A DNA stretch of 64,000 nucleotides from an uncultured delta proteobacterium. Its GTDB lineage: Bacteria > Desulfobacterota > Syntrophorhabdia > Syntrophorhabdales > WCHB1-27. Below the pieces are notes generated by a model, which saw only the letters and a list, made by a program, of their open reading frames with translations, was not told the DNA's origin and made no database searches. The translations under genes and the position numbers were made by a program. The stretch covers positions 96,001 through 160,000 of the forward strand of contig CAWEPK010000009.1 of NCBI GenBank assembly GCA_963810935.1, in the 5' to 3' direction. Every line of letters begins with the position of its first letter. Position 1 is the stretch's first letter. Shown in pieces: positions 18,599 through 29,879 of the stretch.

Positions 18599-19621
18599 TC
18601 ATCTCTGGACGCGGCCCGAGGCGTCCCCTGCCATGAGGCCCTTCACTTCGTCCACAGTCACCTGGTTGAAGTCTCCCTCGATGGAGTGCTTGAGGCAGGA
18701 GGCGGCCACGGCGAACTCCAGGGCTTCCCTGTCGCCGTAACCATTCAGGAAGGCATAGATCAGGCCGGCTGCAAAGGCGTCGCCCCCGCCCACCCGGTCA
18801 ACTATGTGGACGCCATAGGTGCGCGAGAAAAAGCTTGCGTCCCTGTAAAGCATGGCGGCCCATGTGTTGTCGGATGCGGAGATGCTTCCCCGAAGCGTGA
18901 TGGCTACGGCCTTGAACCCGAACCGCCCCTTTAACTCGCGCGCAACGCTCTCGTACCCCTGCTCGTTCAGCACGCCGCCCGTGATATCGCTACGCGCCGC
19001 CTTGATGCCGAAGACCTTCTCCGCGTCCTCTTCGTTGGCTATGCAGACGTCTACGTAAGGCATAAAGGCAGCCATCACCTTCCCCGCCTTCTCGCTCGAC
19101 CAGAGGTTCTTGCGGAAGTTCAGGTCGCAGCTAACCGTAAGGCCCGCCGCATGGGCGGCCTTGCAGGCATCGAGCACCGCTTCCGCGACGTTGTCCCCGA
19201 GGGCAGGCGTGATGCCGGTAAAATGGAACCAGTCAGCATCTGCGAAAATAGAGGGCCAGTCGAAATCGGCGCTCTGCACTTCGGAAACCGCCGAGTGTTT
19301 CCTGTCGTATATCACCCTCGATGGCCTTTGCGACGCGCCCTTCTCCAAAAAATAGATGCCCAGCCTGTCGCCGCCCCTCAGCATGAACCGCGTGTCCACC
19401 CCGCAGCGACGCATCTCGTTGACGGCCGCCTGGCCGATGGCGTTTGCCGGGACCTTCGTCACAAAAGATGCATCGAGCCCGTAATTGGCAAGGGAGACGG
19501 CCACGTTGGCCTCTCCGCCGCCGTATACCGCGTCGAAGGAACGGGCCTGCTCGAAGCGGAGATATCCGGGGGGCGAAAGCCGCAGCATGATCTCACCGAA
19601 GCAGACGACCTTTTTTCCCAT
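18599..19621 (-). CDS. kdgK: 2-keto-3-deoxygluconate kinase (PfkB family)
   Basis: FGEIMLRLSPP, GGGEANVA, GITPAL, DLNFRKNLW, DRVGGGDAF. Confidence 0.9.
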   Translation of the reverse strand: MGKKVVCFGEIMLRLSPPGYLRFEQARSFDAVYGGGEANVAVSLANYGLDASFVTKVPANAIGQAAVNEMRRCGVDTRFMLRGGDRLGIYFLEKGASQRPSRVIYDRKHSAVSEVQSADFDWPSIFADADWFHFTGITPALGDNVAEAVLDACKAAHAAGLTVSCDLNFRKNLWSSEKAGKVMAAFMPYVDVCIANEEDAEKVFGIKAARSDITGGVLNEQGYESVARELKGRFGFKAVAITLRGSISASDNTWAAMLYRDASFFSRTYGVHIVDRVGGGDAFAAGLIYAFLNGYGDREALEFAVAASCLKHSIEGDFNQVTVDEVKGLMAGDASGRVQR

Positions 19622-19632
19622 CGCTTTACTCC

Positions 19633-20298
19633 TTATACGGCGCGGATTTCACCGGCCTCTCGCGCCTCCCTGATCCTGGCTATGAACTCCTTAGCAAGCT
19701 CGGTGATCGACGCGTAATCGCCCTTCCTGGCCCCTGCCGTCAGGTTGCCCCCGGCGCCGAGGGCTACGCAGCCCGCCTTGATCCAGTCGGCCGCGTTTGC
19801 GATGCTCACCCCGCCCGTAGGCATGAGGGATGCCTGCGGCAGCGGCCCCAGGACCGCTTTTACGAAAGTCGGGCCGAGCGTCTCGCCAGGGAACACCTTC
19901 ACGATATCGGCCCCTGCCTCCATCGCCTCGACGACCTCTTTGGTTGTTCCTGCCCCAGGCATGCACGGGACCTGGTAGCGGTTGCACAGCTTCATCGTCT
20001 CCACATTGAGGTGCGGGCTGACTACGTACCTCGCGCCGGCCAGTATGGCTATGCGGGCGGTCTGTGGGTCGAGGACCGTGCCCGCCCCTATGACGATCTC
20101 TCCCGCGCGGTACTTCCCTGCAAGGGCTTTTATCACGTCTTCGGCCCCTGGCACCGTGAAGGTGACTTCTATTGCGGCCACCCCGCCCGCAATACAGGCA
20201 TCGGTTATCTTCACGGCCTGCTCGGCCGACTCCGCCCTTATGACTGCGACCAGGCCCGCTTCGACTATCCTGTGCAGCACGTCGTATTTAGGCAGCAA
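19633..20298 (-). CDS. eda: KDPG/KHG aldolase
   Basis: VAVIR, IEVTFT, GAGTVLD, VKVFPG, MPTGGV. Confidence 0.92.
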   Translation of the reverse strand: MLPKYDVLHRIVEAGLVAVIRAESAEQAVKITDACIAGGVAAIEVTFTVPGAEDVIKALAGKYRAGEIVIGAGTVLDPQTARIAILAGARYVVSPHLNVETMKLCNRYQVPCMPGAGTTKEVVEAMEAGADIVKVFPGETLGPTFVKAVLGPLPQASLMPTGGVSIANAADWIKAGCVALGAGGNLTAGARKGDYASITELAKEFIARIREAREAGEIRAV

Positions 20299-20357
20299 TT
20301 TTCGTCACCCCCTTACCTTTGTCATCTCATTATTTTCCCACAAGCACCTATATGCTA

Positions 20358-20762
20358 TCAAGCCCGGTCCTGTATCAGCGGAGTTGCGCGCCATATGAGG
20401 TGGAGTACATTGCCCTCCGGGTCGCGGAAAAAAATCAGCTTGCTCGCATCCGACGTCCGGAAGTCGAAAAATGCCTCTATCCCGTGTTTGCGCAAACGGT
20501 TTACAGCCGCGTCGAAATCGGGGACCGTTATGGCAACGTGCCTGAAGCCCGGCGCGTACTGCTCGTATACCGTCCTGTCCTCATATGCGGCGGGCATGAT
20601 CTCAAGGACGGTCCCGTCCGGCGCGCTCAAAAGGCACGTCGGCGGGGTCTTGCTGTTGTCGTAGACGACCTTGAGATCGAACACCTTAACGTACCAATCG
20701 ACCAATTCCCTGCTGTCATGGGCTGCGATTGCAGCGTGCTCGAAGCCTGAGAATGTGCCCAT
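20358..20762 (-). CDS. VOC/glyoxalase family protein
   Basis: FEHAAI, LEIM, FRHVAI, FFRDPEGN. Confidence 0.85.
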   Translation of the reverse strand: MGTFSGFEHAAIAAHDSRELVDWYVKVFDLKVVYDNSKTPPTCLLSAPDGTVLEIMPAAYEDRTVYEQYAPGFRHVAITVPDFDAAVNRLRKHGIEAFFDFRTSDASKLIFFRDPEGNVLHLIWRATPLIQDRA

Positions 20763-20768
20763 TTTGGT

Positions 20769-22455
20769 CTATCCCTCCTCATACATGGCCAGCCGTGCGC
20801 CTTTCCAGGCAGGCTGGGCGTTTGTCGCATAAAGGGCCAGTACGCCCCTCGTCTCGCGCGGCGCGGGCTTGCGCCAGCTTTTCAGCCGCTTCTCAAGGTC
20901 GTCGATGAGAAGTGAAAGCTCCCGCTTAGGCATCGAGATATGGATCATGTCCCCGTCTCGTATCACTGCGAGCGGTCCGCCCACGGCCGCTTCGGGCGAT
21001 ATCTGGCAGACGCCCAGTCCGCGCGCGAAGCCCGAGAACCTTCCGTCCGTGACAACCGCCACCTTGCCCTCAAGCCCACGGCCCACGACTGACGCGAGCA
21101 CCGCATAGGTGTCCGGCATGCCCGGCGCGCCTTTCGGCCCCGCGTAGCGGACGACGATCACGTCTCCTTCCTTCACCTGCCCGCTGTTGATGCCCGCTAT
21201 CGCGTCTTCCTGGCAATCGAAGCACCGGGCGGGCCCGGTATGCTCCGGTATCGTGTTGTTGAGGCGGCGCGCAACCGACCCCAAAGGCGCGAGACTGCCC
21301 CTTAAGATCGCGATGCCGCCCGTATCCGCCACGGGGTTTGTCCTCGGGCGGATGACGTGCCGGTCATCGACAACGACCCGTTTTTTTGTCTCTGCGATCT
21401 GCTCCCCTATGGTTTTTCCCGTCACTGTAAGCGCATCGAGGTGCAGCTCTTTTTTGAGCGCCTCCAGCACCTTCGGCATCCCTCCGGCCGCGTGGAGGTC
21501 GGTCAGGTGGTAGAAGCCCGTAGGCGTCACGTCCACCAGGCACGGCGTCGTATCGCTGAAACGGTCTGATGAGGTCGAGATCGACCTTGCCCCGCAGTCC
21601 CAGCTCCTCCGCTATCGCGAGGATATGGAGCACCGCGTTCGTCGAGCCGCCTAATGTCATCTGCGCGCGCACCATGTTTTCGAGCGCCTTCCTCGTCATG
21701 ATCTTCCTGGCCGTTACGCTGTTACGGACGAGGTCCATCAGGGCGTTCCCCGCGAGCTTGGCAAGGCGTAGCTGCTCCCCGGACATCGCGTAGCACGTGC
21801 CTGAGCCGGGCATCGCCATGCCGATTGCCTCGACAAGGCACTGCATCGTGTTCGCGGTGCCGAGGATCGGGCAGGCACCCGGCCCCGGGCAGACTTCGTC
21901 TTCCAGGCAGAGTATCTCTTCGGCAGTCGCCTTCCCCATCTGGAGGGCGCCCCATACCTTCTCGTCGAGGTCGGCGAGCGATACAGGCTTGCCCTCGTGC
22001 CTGCCTACGGCCATGACGCCGCCGGGCACTACGATAGCCGGCATGTCCAGGCGGGCGGCAGCCATGAGCGCGCCGGGTATCGTTTTGTCGCATGTCACGA
22101 TCATGACTACGCCGTCGAAAATCTGCGTCTCGACGATGGTCTCTATGTCGAAGGCGAGCAGGTCCCTCGCCGGGAGGTCGTAGCGCATGGAGGCAAGCCC
22201 GAGTGACGGGGTCGCGCACTGCGAGATGGACGTGAACTCCATCGGCGTGCCGCCGGCCTGCCAGACGCCCGCCTTCACCGCATCGGCCACCGCCCTCAGG
22301 TGGAAATGGCCGGGGCAGACCTCGCTCGGCGTATTGACGACGGCGATGAGGGGCTTTTTCATGTCGCTGTCCGTGTATCCCATACCCTTGTACGCCGCGC
22401 GCCTGTGCGTCCCTTCGACGCCGTGGAAATAGCGGGCCGTTTTCAGCTTTTTCAT
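20769..22455 (-). CDS. IlvD/Edd-family dehydratase (probable sugar-acid dehydratase) with one apparent +1 indel at ~21567
   Basis: CDKTIPG, GACPILGTANTM, GGSTNAVLH (5' frame); GPKGAPGMP, TDGRFSG, SPEAAVGG (3' frame); removing one base joins them. Confidence 0.88.
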
Positions 22456-22468
22456 CGGAAATCCTCCA

Positions 22469-23488
22469 TTAAGGTCTAAGTACGACTTTGATCGCTGACT
22501 TCGACGGATCGAGGGCCGTCTTCATCGCAATGTCCACATCTGCAAGGTCGAACGTGTGCGAGACGAGGCCGCCCAGGTCTATTTCGCCTGCGAGCCGCAG
22601 TGCAGTCCCGAAGTCCCAGCAGTAACCCTGCGCCCCCTGCACGGTAATCTCCTGCGAGACGAAGAGCGTAACGGGGACCCTTATGACGGGCTGCTCGAAG
22701 ATGCCCACGACGGTTGCGACGCCCCCTTTGCACAGGCACCGCATCGCCTGCTCGAAGGTCTGCTCGCTGCCCGCGCACTCGAAGGACTTTGCAACGCCCC
22801 TGCCACCCGACGCCTTCAGGGTCGCCTCGACAATCGAGCCTTTGCGCGCATCGACAATCTGCGTCGCACCCATGATCGACGCGTGGCCAAGGCGCGCTTG
22901 TGTTACGTCGGCTGCTATGATGTCGGTCGCGCCCGATGCCCTGCACGCGGCGATGACGAGCAGCCCTATAGGTCCGGCACCGATAACTGCGACCGTGTCG
23001 CCCAGGCCGATCCCCGCCCTTTTCACGGCATGAACCGCTACTGCGAGCGGCTCGATCAATGCCCCCGCCTCGAAGGAAAGGCCTTCGGGCAGCTTGTAGA
23101 CCCAGCGCTCGTCCGCCATGAAATAATCGGCCATGGCCCCTCGGCCCTGCCTGTAATGAAAGCTAAGGTTGTCGCAATATCCGTATTCTCCCCGCAGGCA
23201 CGGGCTGCATTGCCCGCAGGCGATCACCGGCTCGACGGTCACCCGGTCGCCGACTGCCACAGAACCGACTTTCTTACCGACGGCTGCGACCTCCCCGGAC
23301 ATCTCATGCCCCAAGGCCATGGGCAGCGGCGCGGAAGGGTGCTTGCCTTTGTAAATGTGCAGGTCTCCGCCGCAGATGCTGGATGCCCTCACTGCGATGA
23401 GCACCTGGCTCTCTCCTGGCGGCGGCACGTCCCGCTCGACCAGCTCGGCCTTCCCTGCCTCCCGCACTATCGCCATCCTGGTTTTCAC
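22469..23488 (-). CDS. Zinc-dependent medium-chain alcohol/polyol dehydrogenase
   Basis: ICGGDLH, GHEMSG, CGQCSPC..C, GAGPIG. Confidence 0.92.
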   Translation of the reverse strand: MKTRMAIVREAGKAELVERDVPPPGESQVLIAVRASSICGGDLHIYKGKHPSAPLPMALGHEMSGEVAAVGKKVGSVAVGDRVTVEPVIACGQCSPCLRGEYGYCDNLSFHYRQGRGAMADYFMADERWVYKLPEGLSFEAGALIEPLAVAVHAVKRAGIGLGDTVAVIGAGPIGLLVIAACRASGATDIIAADVTQARLGHASIMGATQIVDARKGSIVEATLKASGGRGVAKSFECAGSEQTFEQAMRCLCKGGVATVVGIFEQPVIRVPVTLFVSQEITVQGAQGYCWDFGTALRLAGEIDLGGLVSHTFDLADVDIAMKTALDPSKSAIKVVLRP

Positions 23489-24690
23489 GTGTCACCGTCC
23501 TCTTCGAGCAGGTACTGCTCTTTCGGTCCGAACAGCCTGTACTGCCCGGCCAGCTCGCGCAGCTCATCGGCGATCACGAAGACCTGCGCGGGGCAGCCCG
23601 GCACGTAATGCTTCCTGCCTCTGTAGCGTTTCAGGCACCGGCCGATGATTATGTCGTTTGCCCTCGTGACCTCGCCTTTCTCGCCGACAACGATATTTAC
23701 TGCCGGCAGGTTATCGAGAAGCCCTGCCATCTTTATGCGGCCGAGGGCGATCCTTGCCCCGTCCAGGCAACCGGGGCACGCGCCGCCGTCGATCAGGGTA
23801 ACACCCGGGACATCCGGGAACGGGCCGGATGCAGGACGGAAGGGCCGCCGGACAGCATCTATGGGAATGCCGGTAAGGCTGATCTCTTCCTCGCGCCAGA
23901 CGCCCAGGTTTTGCTTTCTCGCATTATTGAAGCACTTGAACGTCCAGGGGTCGAGCCCCATCACGCGCGTTGCGACGATGTCCGTCGCCACGGTGTCGCT
24001 CCCGGCGAGTATGAGGCCGAGGCCGACAGGCTCTCCCTGCATCGGCCCGTCGCCTTCCATCGCGATGGTCGCATCGATGACGGAGAGATGGGGCCTGACG
24101 ACGGAGTTGAGGTCTGCGACGAATTTGTTGACGCCCAAAAAATGGGACCGCCTCTTCTCGTTCTCGGGCAGAACGCCTTTGAGGTTCTTCATGCAGAGGC
24201 TCACCCCCGTGGCAACGTGCGTCTTCATGGTGGGCACGTTGATGAGAAAATCGGCCTCAATCACCCTGCGGGCCACCTTTATCTCTCCGGTTGTCATTCC
24301 GCCGGTCACGGTTACGCCGATGAATTCTTCATCATAGAGATCGACGACGGACGCGCCCGTGCGGGCAGCCACTTCGTAGAATCCGTTTGCGCGGAACGCC
24401 TCCTTGTTGTCCAGGCCGCAGGCTGTCGCCTCGGCAATAACTATTTCGGCCGGGGCCGCTTTTTGCGCCCAGCGGACGATCCCTTCCACCGTGTACGGGC
24501 TGGTCACGATGCCCTTCTGCCAGAGCTCGGTATCCGCGGTGAGGTTCGGCTTGATCACTACTTTGGCGCCGCGTTTTATGGCGGCGCCCGCCGGAGCGAG
24601 CGCATCGAGGGCGGCAATGACGTCCGCCACCACCGCGTCCCGGTTCAGCGCATCCCTCACGCGTCCTATATGGACAGTCGCCTTCGCCAA
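23485..24690 (-). CDS. DUF362 domain protein (putative Fe-S)
   Basis: VIKPNL, PTMKTH, CMKNLKG, EGDGP; C-terminal ACPGC, GRC and PGCP cysteines. Confidence 0.85.
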   Translation of the reverse strand: MAKATVHIGRVRDALNRDAVVADVIAALDALAPAGAAIKRGAKVVIKPNLTADTELWQKGIVTSPYTVEGIVRWAQKAAPAEIVIAEATACGLDNKEAFRANGFYEVAARTGASVVDLYDEEFIGVTVTGGMTTGEIKVARRVIEADFLINVPTMKTHVATGVSLCMKNLKGVLPENEKRRSHFLGVNKFVADLNSVVRPHLSVIDATIAMEGDGPMQGEPVGLGLILAGSDTVATDIVATRVMGLDPWTFKCFNNARKQNLGVWREEEISLTGIPIDAVRRPFRPASGPFPDVPGVTLIDGGACPGCLDGARIALGRIKMAGLLDNLPAVNIVVGEKGEVTRANDIIIGRCLKRYRGRKHYVPGCPAQVFVIADELRELAGQYRLFGPKEQYLLEEDGDT

Positions 24691-24700
24691 TATCCTTGCC

Positions 24701-26530
24701 CTATCGTTTTTCGAGCCTGTCGGGGTCGCGGACTTCGAGCCGCATCCCTATCGCTGCCTTCTTTACTATTATATACCTGCACCACCGTGAATCGTCCCGG
24801 GCAACCGGCACTGTGTCGTCCGGCCGGTCGAACCGAAGGTGAGGTCCCCTGCTCTCATCGCGCAATGCGGCGGCGGCGAGCACCATTTCAGCAACAATCA
24901 GCATACCCTTCGTCTCCAAAAGGTATGATACGCCCCGGCTGTCTGCGGCTACGTTCAAGTCCTTGAGCCGCCTGACCTGGGCCAGTCCGCTTATCAGGCC
25001 TGAGGCCGTGCGGATAACGCTCGCCTTTTCGTCCATGATTGCCCGGAGCCTGCTGCGCAGCTCGGAGGCTGTGACATCGCCCGACGCAAGACCGGAGAGC
25101 CGGGCGCCGAAGGACTTGACCTCCCCGGCAAGCGAAACAGGCCTCTTCCGTCCGGCCGAAGAGGCATAGCCTGCCGCAGCGAGCCCCGCGATCTTCCCGA
25201 AGACCTGACAGTCGAGGAGCGCGTTGCCTCCGGGCCTGTTGGCCCCGTGCTGCCCTCCGGCCGCCTCCCCGGCAGCGTAGAGTCCGGCAACCGCGGTAGC
25301 CGCCTGGGTGTCGATCTTCACGCCGCCCTGAAAATGCTGAGCGCATTCGTCCACTTCTATGGGCTGGCCTTTTGCGAGGTCGATCCCCCGCCCTTTGAAC
25401 CATTCGATGGAGTCGGGGTTGATCTCCGCCAGACGCATGAACGGAGAGCGGCGACGGGCATCTTCGCCCATGTCGTTCCGTACCTCTTTTACGTAGCGGG
25501 CGCGCAGCTCCGGGGCAAGGGCGTCGAATGAAAAACCTTCCGGGTTGCGGGCATAGTCGAGGTAGACCTTCCGCCCGGCCTGCCTCTCCCTGTATACCGC
25601 GATATCGATGATATGCGTATCGTGCTCGTAGCTCACCGGCCAGCTCGCGCCCTTTTTGAAGAGCACGTCGAAGCGCCCGCTTGCCTGCGCGCCTGCGCCT
25701 GTGTACCGTCCAAGGAATTCCTCGCCTGCTTCGTTGACGAGGCGGGGGATGGCGCGCATCATGCTTCCGGAGCAGTTGAACCGCGTCCGCGTCGAGGCGA
25801 TCCCTATCTGAATGAACTCCATGTTGACCAGCTCGGCCCCGGCCTCGAACGCCATCGCCTGGCCGTCCCCCGTCATGCCCGCGGGAAAGACATGGTGCTT
25901 GTAGATAAGCCCCGCGCCGCCCGTTGCAAGGATAACGGCGGGAGCGGTGAAGGCGACTACGGCCGCATCCGGCGTTTTTGCTCGTGTGTCGATCGCAAGG
26001 GCGCCTGCAATCCGTCCGCTTTTGACAACCAGCTCGTGCACCGCCGTATAGTCGAAGGCGTCGATAGCCAGAGTCATGAACCGGCGCAGAAGGGCGTCTT
26101 CGATGTCGCCTGCGGTCCTCGGCCCGGTATAGCAGGCCCTCGCGAATTCCGAGCCGTCCGTGACGAACTGGTCGGCTATCCCGTTTTTCTTCACGAAGGG
26201 GACGCCAAGGCCATCCAGATATTCGAAGGCCTCCTTGCCTCCTTTGGCTAGCACCTCCGCCAGAGAGACGTCGGAGACCATGCCGCCGATCCGGTAGATA
26301 TCGTCCGCGTGATATCTCCAGGCGTCGCCCTTGGGCTCTGTATAATCCAGGGCGGCGTGAAAGGCCATCCGGTCGGAATAGGCATTGGCCGTCACCCCGC
26401 TTGCCCCGAGCTTACCTTTGACGGCAAGCGCCACCTTCAGGCCGGGCGCGCTTTCCTTCGCGGCAATAGCCGCCCGCAGTGCCGCGCACCCTCCTCCGAC
26501 AATCAGGACATCGCAGGAAATGTTCCTCAC
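24701..26530 (-). CDS. FAD-binding oxidoreductase, SdhA/FrdA/NadB family
   Basis: GGGCAALRAA, LATGG, NMEFIQ, HFQGG, HGANRPGGNAL, RDESRGPH. Confidence 0.85.
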   Translation of the reverse strand: MRNISCDVLIVGGGCAALRAAIAAKESAPGLKVALAVKGKLGASGVTANAYSDRMAFHAALDYTEPKGDAWRYHADDIYRIGGMVSDVSLAEVLAKGGKEAFEYLDGLGVPFVKKNGIADQFVTDGSEFARACYTGPRTAGDIEDALLRRFMTLAIDAFDYTAVHELVVKSGRIAGALAIDTRAKTPDAAVVAFTAPAVILATGGAGLIYKHHVFPAGMTGDGQAMAFEAGAELVNMEFIQIGIASTRTRFNCSGSMMRAIPRLVNEAGEEFLGRYTGAGAQASGRFDVLFKKGASWPVSYEHDTHIIDIAVYRERQAGRKVYLDYARNPEGFSFDALAPELRARYVKEVRNDMGEDARRRSPFMRLAEINPDSIEWFKGRGIDLAKGQPIEVDECAQHFQGGVKIDTQAATAVAGLYAAGEAAGGQHGANRPGGNALLDCQVFGKIAGLAAAGYASSAGRKRPVSLAGEVKSFGARLSGLASGDVTASELRSRLRAIMDEKASVIRTASGLISGLAQVRRLKDLNVAADSRGVSYLLETKGMLIVAEMVLAAAALRDESRGPHLRFDRPDDTVPVARDDSRWCRYIIVKKAAIGMRLEVRDPDRLEKR

Positions 26531-26579
26531 TTACGGCCCCTCCGGTTCATATGGCCTCATGGCATACAGTTCTTAATGC

Positions 26580-27271
26580 TTAAGACTCGCCTAGGTAGGA
26601 TTTCTTTATGGCCGGATCGCACAGCAGGTCTTTGCCTGAGCCACGCATCACTATCCTGCCGTTTTCCAGCACATATGCGTAATCGCAAAGGGCAAGCGCT
26701 TTCCTTGCGTTTTGCTCGACGAGCACTACCGTTATCCCCTGCTCCCTGATCTGTTTGATAAGGCTGAACACGCCGGTCACGATGATGGGACCCAGCCCCA
26801 GAGAAGGCTCGTCGAGGAGAATCAGCTTCGGCTCGGCCATCAGCCCTCGGCAGATAGCCAGCATCTGCTGCTCCCCGCCGGAGAGCGTGCCCGCCTGCTG
26901 GGCCTGACGCTCTCTCAGGATCGGGTAAAGGGAGAACATCTTTTCCATATTATTCTGAAGGCGCATACCGTCCGTGAGCACGTACCCGCCCGCCATCAGG
27001 TTCTCCCGCACAGTGAGGCTGCCGAAGATCTTGCGCCCTTCCGGGACCTGCACGATCCCCATCTTGACTATCTGGTGCGTCGAGCGGGGCAGCTCGCGCT
27101 CTTCGAACTTTATGACGCCGCTCTTCTGCCGCACCAGGCCGCTGATGGTGTTCAGCAGCGTGGTCTTACCCGCGCCGTTCGCGCCGATGATGCTGACGAT
27201 TGCGCCCTTTTGGATTTCCAGGTCCACGCCGCCGAGGGCTACCACGGGACCGTAAGCGACGTGCAGCTTCT

Positions 27272-27284
<13 letters not shown>
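26580..27284 (-). CDS. Liv-type ABC transporter ATP-binding protein (LivF-like)
   Basis: GANGAGKT, VPEGRKIF, LSGGEQQM, LLDEPSLGL. Confidence 0.93.
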
Positions 27285-28050
<766 letters not shown>

Positions 28051-28051
<1 letters not shown>

Positions 28052-28905
28052 TACCTTCCGGCCCCCTTTCTCAGGCGCCCCAGGAAGCGCAGCGATATCT
28101 CGTGCTCGCCGAAGATGCCGCTCGGCCTGAAATTAAGGATCAGAAGCACGATGACGCAGTAGATCGCGATGCGCCACTCGGAGGCGAACCTTAAGAATTC
28201 CGGCAGTCCGGTCAAAAGGATGGTGGCGAAAATTGCGCCGCTGAGGCTGTTTACCCCGCCGACAAAGACGATGATCATCCATTCTGCCGACACGGTCCAG
28301 CCGAAGGCGCCCGGCTCGACGTAGGTGGTGTAAAAAACGTAGAGGACGCCTGCGTAACTGGTTATAACCGCGGCTATAAGAAAGGTGAGAAGCTTCAGCC
28401 TTTCCACGTTGATGCCCATCGACTTCGCGGCCAGCTCGTCGTTGCGCAGGGCGAGACATTGCCTTCCATACTTCGAATATTTGTAGCTTATGACGATCGC
28501 CACGCAGACGAGCACGCTGATCACTACGACGAGAAAACTTGTGCGCTGCGGAACGCCCGATAACCCCATCGCGCCGCCGGTGATGTTGGCTGTATTGTTC
28601 AGAACCGCGATAATCGCCTCGCCGAAGCCGAAGGTAACGAGCGAGATATAGTCCCGGCGCAGGCGCACGGTAGGGAGGCCGACCAGAAGGCCCGCGCCCA
28701 GGCCGACGGCCATGGCCGCAAGCGCGGCGACCGGCAGCGGCAGGCCCACGTTCTTATAAAGGACTGCGGAGACGTAGGCGCCAATAGCCAGGAACGCCGC
28801 CTGGCCGAAGGAGAACAGACCCGTCAGGCCTGTTACCATGTACGCCCCAAGGACGCCTATCAGGGCAATGCCGGTAAAGGTCAACGTAGATACTACGTAT
28901 TCCAC
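28051..28905 (-). CDS. Liv-type ABC permease (LivM-like)
   Basis: TGLFSFGQAAF, multiple TM segments, RPSGIFG. Confidence 0.9.
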
Positions 28906-28916
28906 AGGTCCCTTTC

Positions 28917-29807
28917 TTAAGCCCTTTCCTGCACGATCAGGCCCGATATGCCGCGCGGCCTGAGCAACAGGAAGACCAGCATGACAATGAAGATAACGGC
29001 AGGGGCCCAGCCGGCCCCAACGAGCCCGATGAGAAATATCTCGACGATCCCGAGCAACACGGCCCCTATGAGCGCGCCCGATATGCTGCCCAGCCCGCCG
29101 ATGACGGAGGCGACGAACCCTTTGACGATAAGCTGCCCAAGCTGCGGATAGAGTGTGTAGTTGATCCCCAGGAAGATGCCCGCCACCCCGCCCAGCACGC
29201 CCGAGGCGAAGAACGCCGCGGCAACCACCCTGTTAGGGTCCATGCCCATCAGTTTCGCCGTGGCTGTGTCGAAGGATGTGGAACGGATTGCGAGCCCTAT
29301 CTTTGTATGGAAGAGCACCACGAGCAGTATCACCAGCGACCCGGCCGAAAAGAGCAGGGTTAGCACGTCGGGGACCGCTACGCTGTGCGTCCCGAACCTG
29401 ACGAGGGAAGCCGGGAAAAACGTAGGGTAGGAATAAAAGTTGGAGCTGGCGAAGATCGTGACGCAGTTCTCCATCAGGATGCCCATTGTTATGGAGGAGA
29501 TAAAATAGTAGATGACCGAGCTGTTGTTGTCGCGCAGGCGCCTGAAGGCGACACGCTCGACTACGAGCGCGAGGAACCCGCCGCCCAGCGCAGCCGCGAG
29601 CAGCACCAATATGAACAGCGTCAGGCCGCTGGTGTAGCGCACCAGGAAGATCGACGCAAGATAGCCGATATAGGCGGTCACCGACATTAGGCCGCCGTGC
29701 GAGAAATTTGAGAATTTAAGTATGTTGAAGATCAGCGCGAAACCGACTGCGATGAGCGCGTATATCGAGCCGAGTGAGACGCCGTTAATGAGCAGTTGTA
29801 GGATCAC
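28917..29807 (-). CDS. Liv-type ABC permease (LivH-like)
   Basis: NGVSLGSIYALIAVG, NFSHG, GGLGSISGA. Confidence 0.92.
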   Translation of the reverse strand: MILQLLINGVSLGSIYALIAVGFALIFNILKFSNFSHGGLMSVTAYIGYLASIFLVRYTSGLTLFILVLLAAALGGGFLALVVERVAFRRLRDNNSSVIYYFISSITMGILMENCVTIFASSNFYSYPTFFPASLVRFGTHSVAVPDVLTLLFSAGSLVILLVVLFHTKIGLAIRSTSFDTATAKLMGMDPNRVVAAAFFASGVLGGVAGIFLGINYTLYPQLGQLIVKGFVASVIGGLGSISGALIGAVLLGIVEIFLIGLVGAGWAPAVIFIVMLVFLLLRPRGISGLIVQERA

Positions 29808-29823
29808 GCTCCAGCACCTTCAA

Positions 29824-29856
29824 CCTTCCGGTCCGCGCGACGCGCGGACCGGAAGG
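29824..29856. terminator. Perfect 16-bp hairpin between the binding-protein and permease genes (attenuator or mRNA-stabilising stem)
   Basis: CCTTCCGGTCCGCGCG-A-CGCGCGGACCGGAAGG. Confidence 0.6.
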
Positions 29857-29879
29857 GATGATTCCGAAACAGCCTTCAA

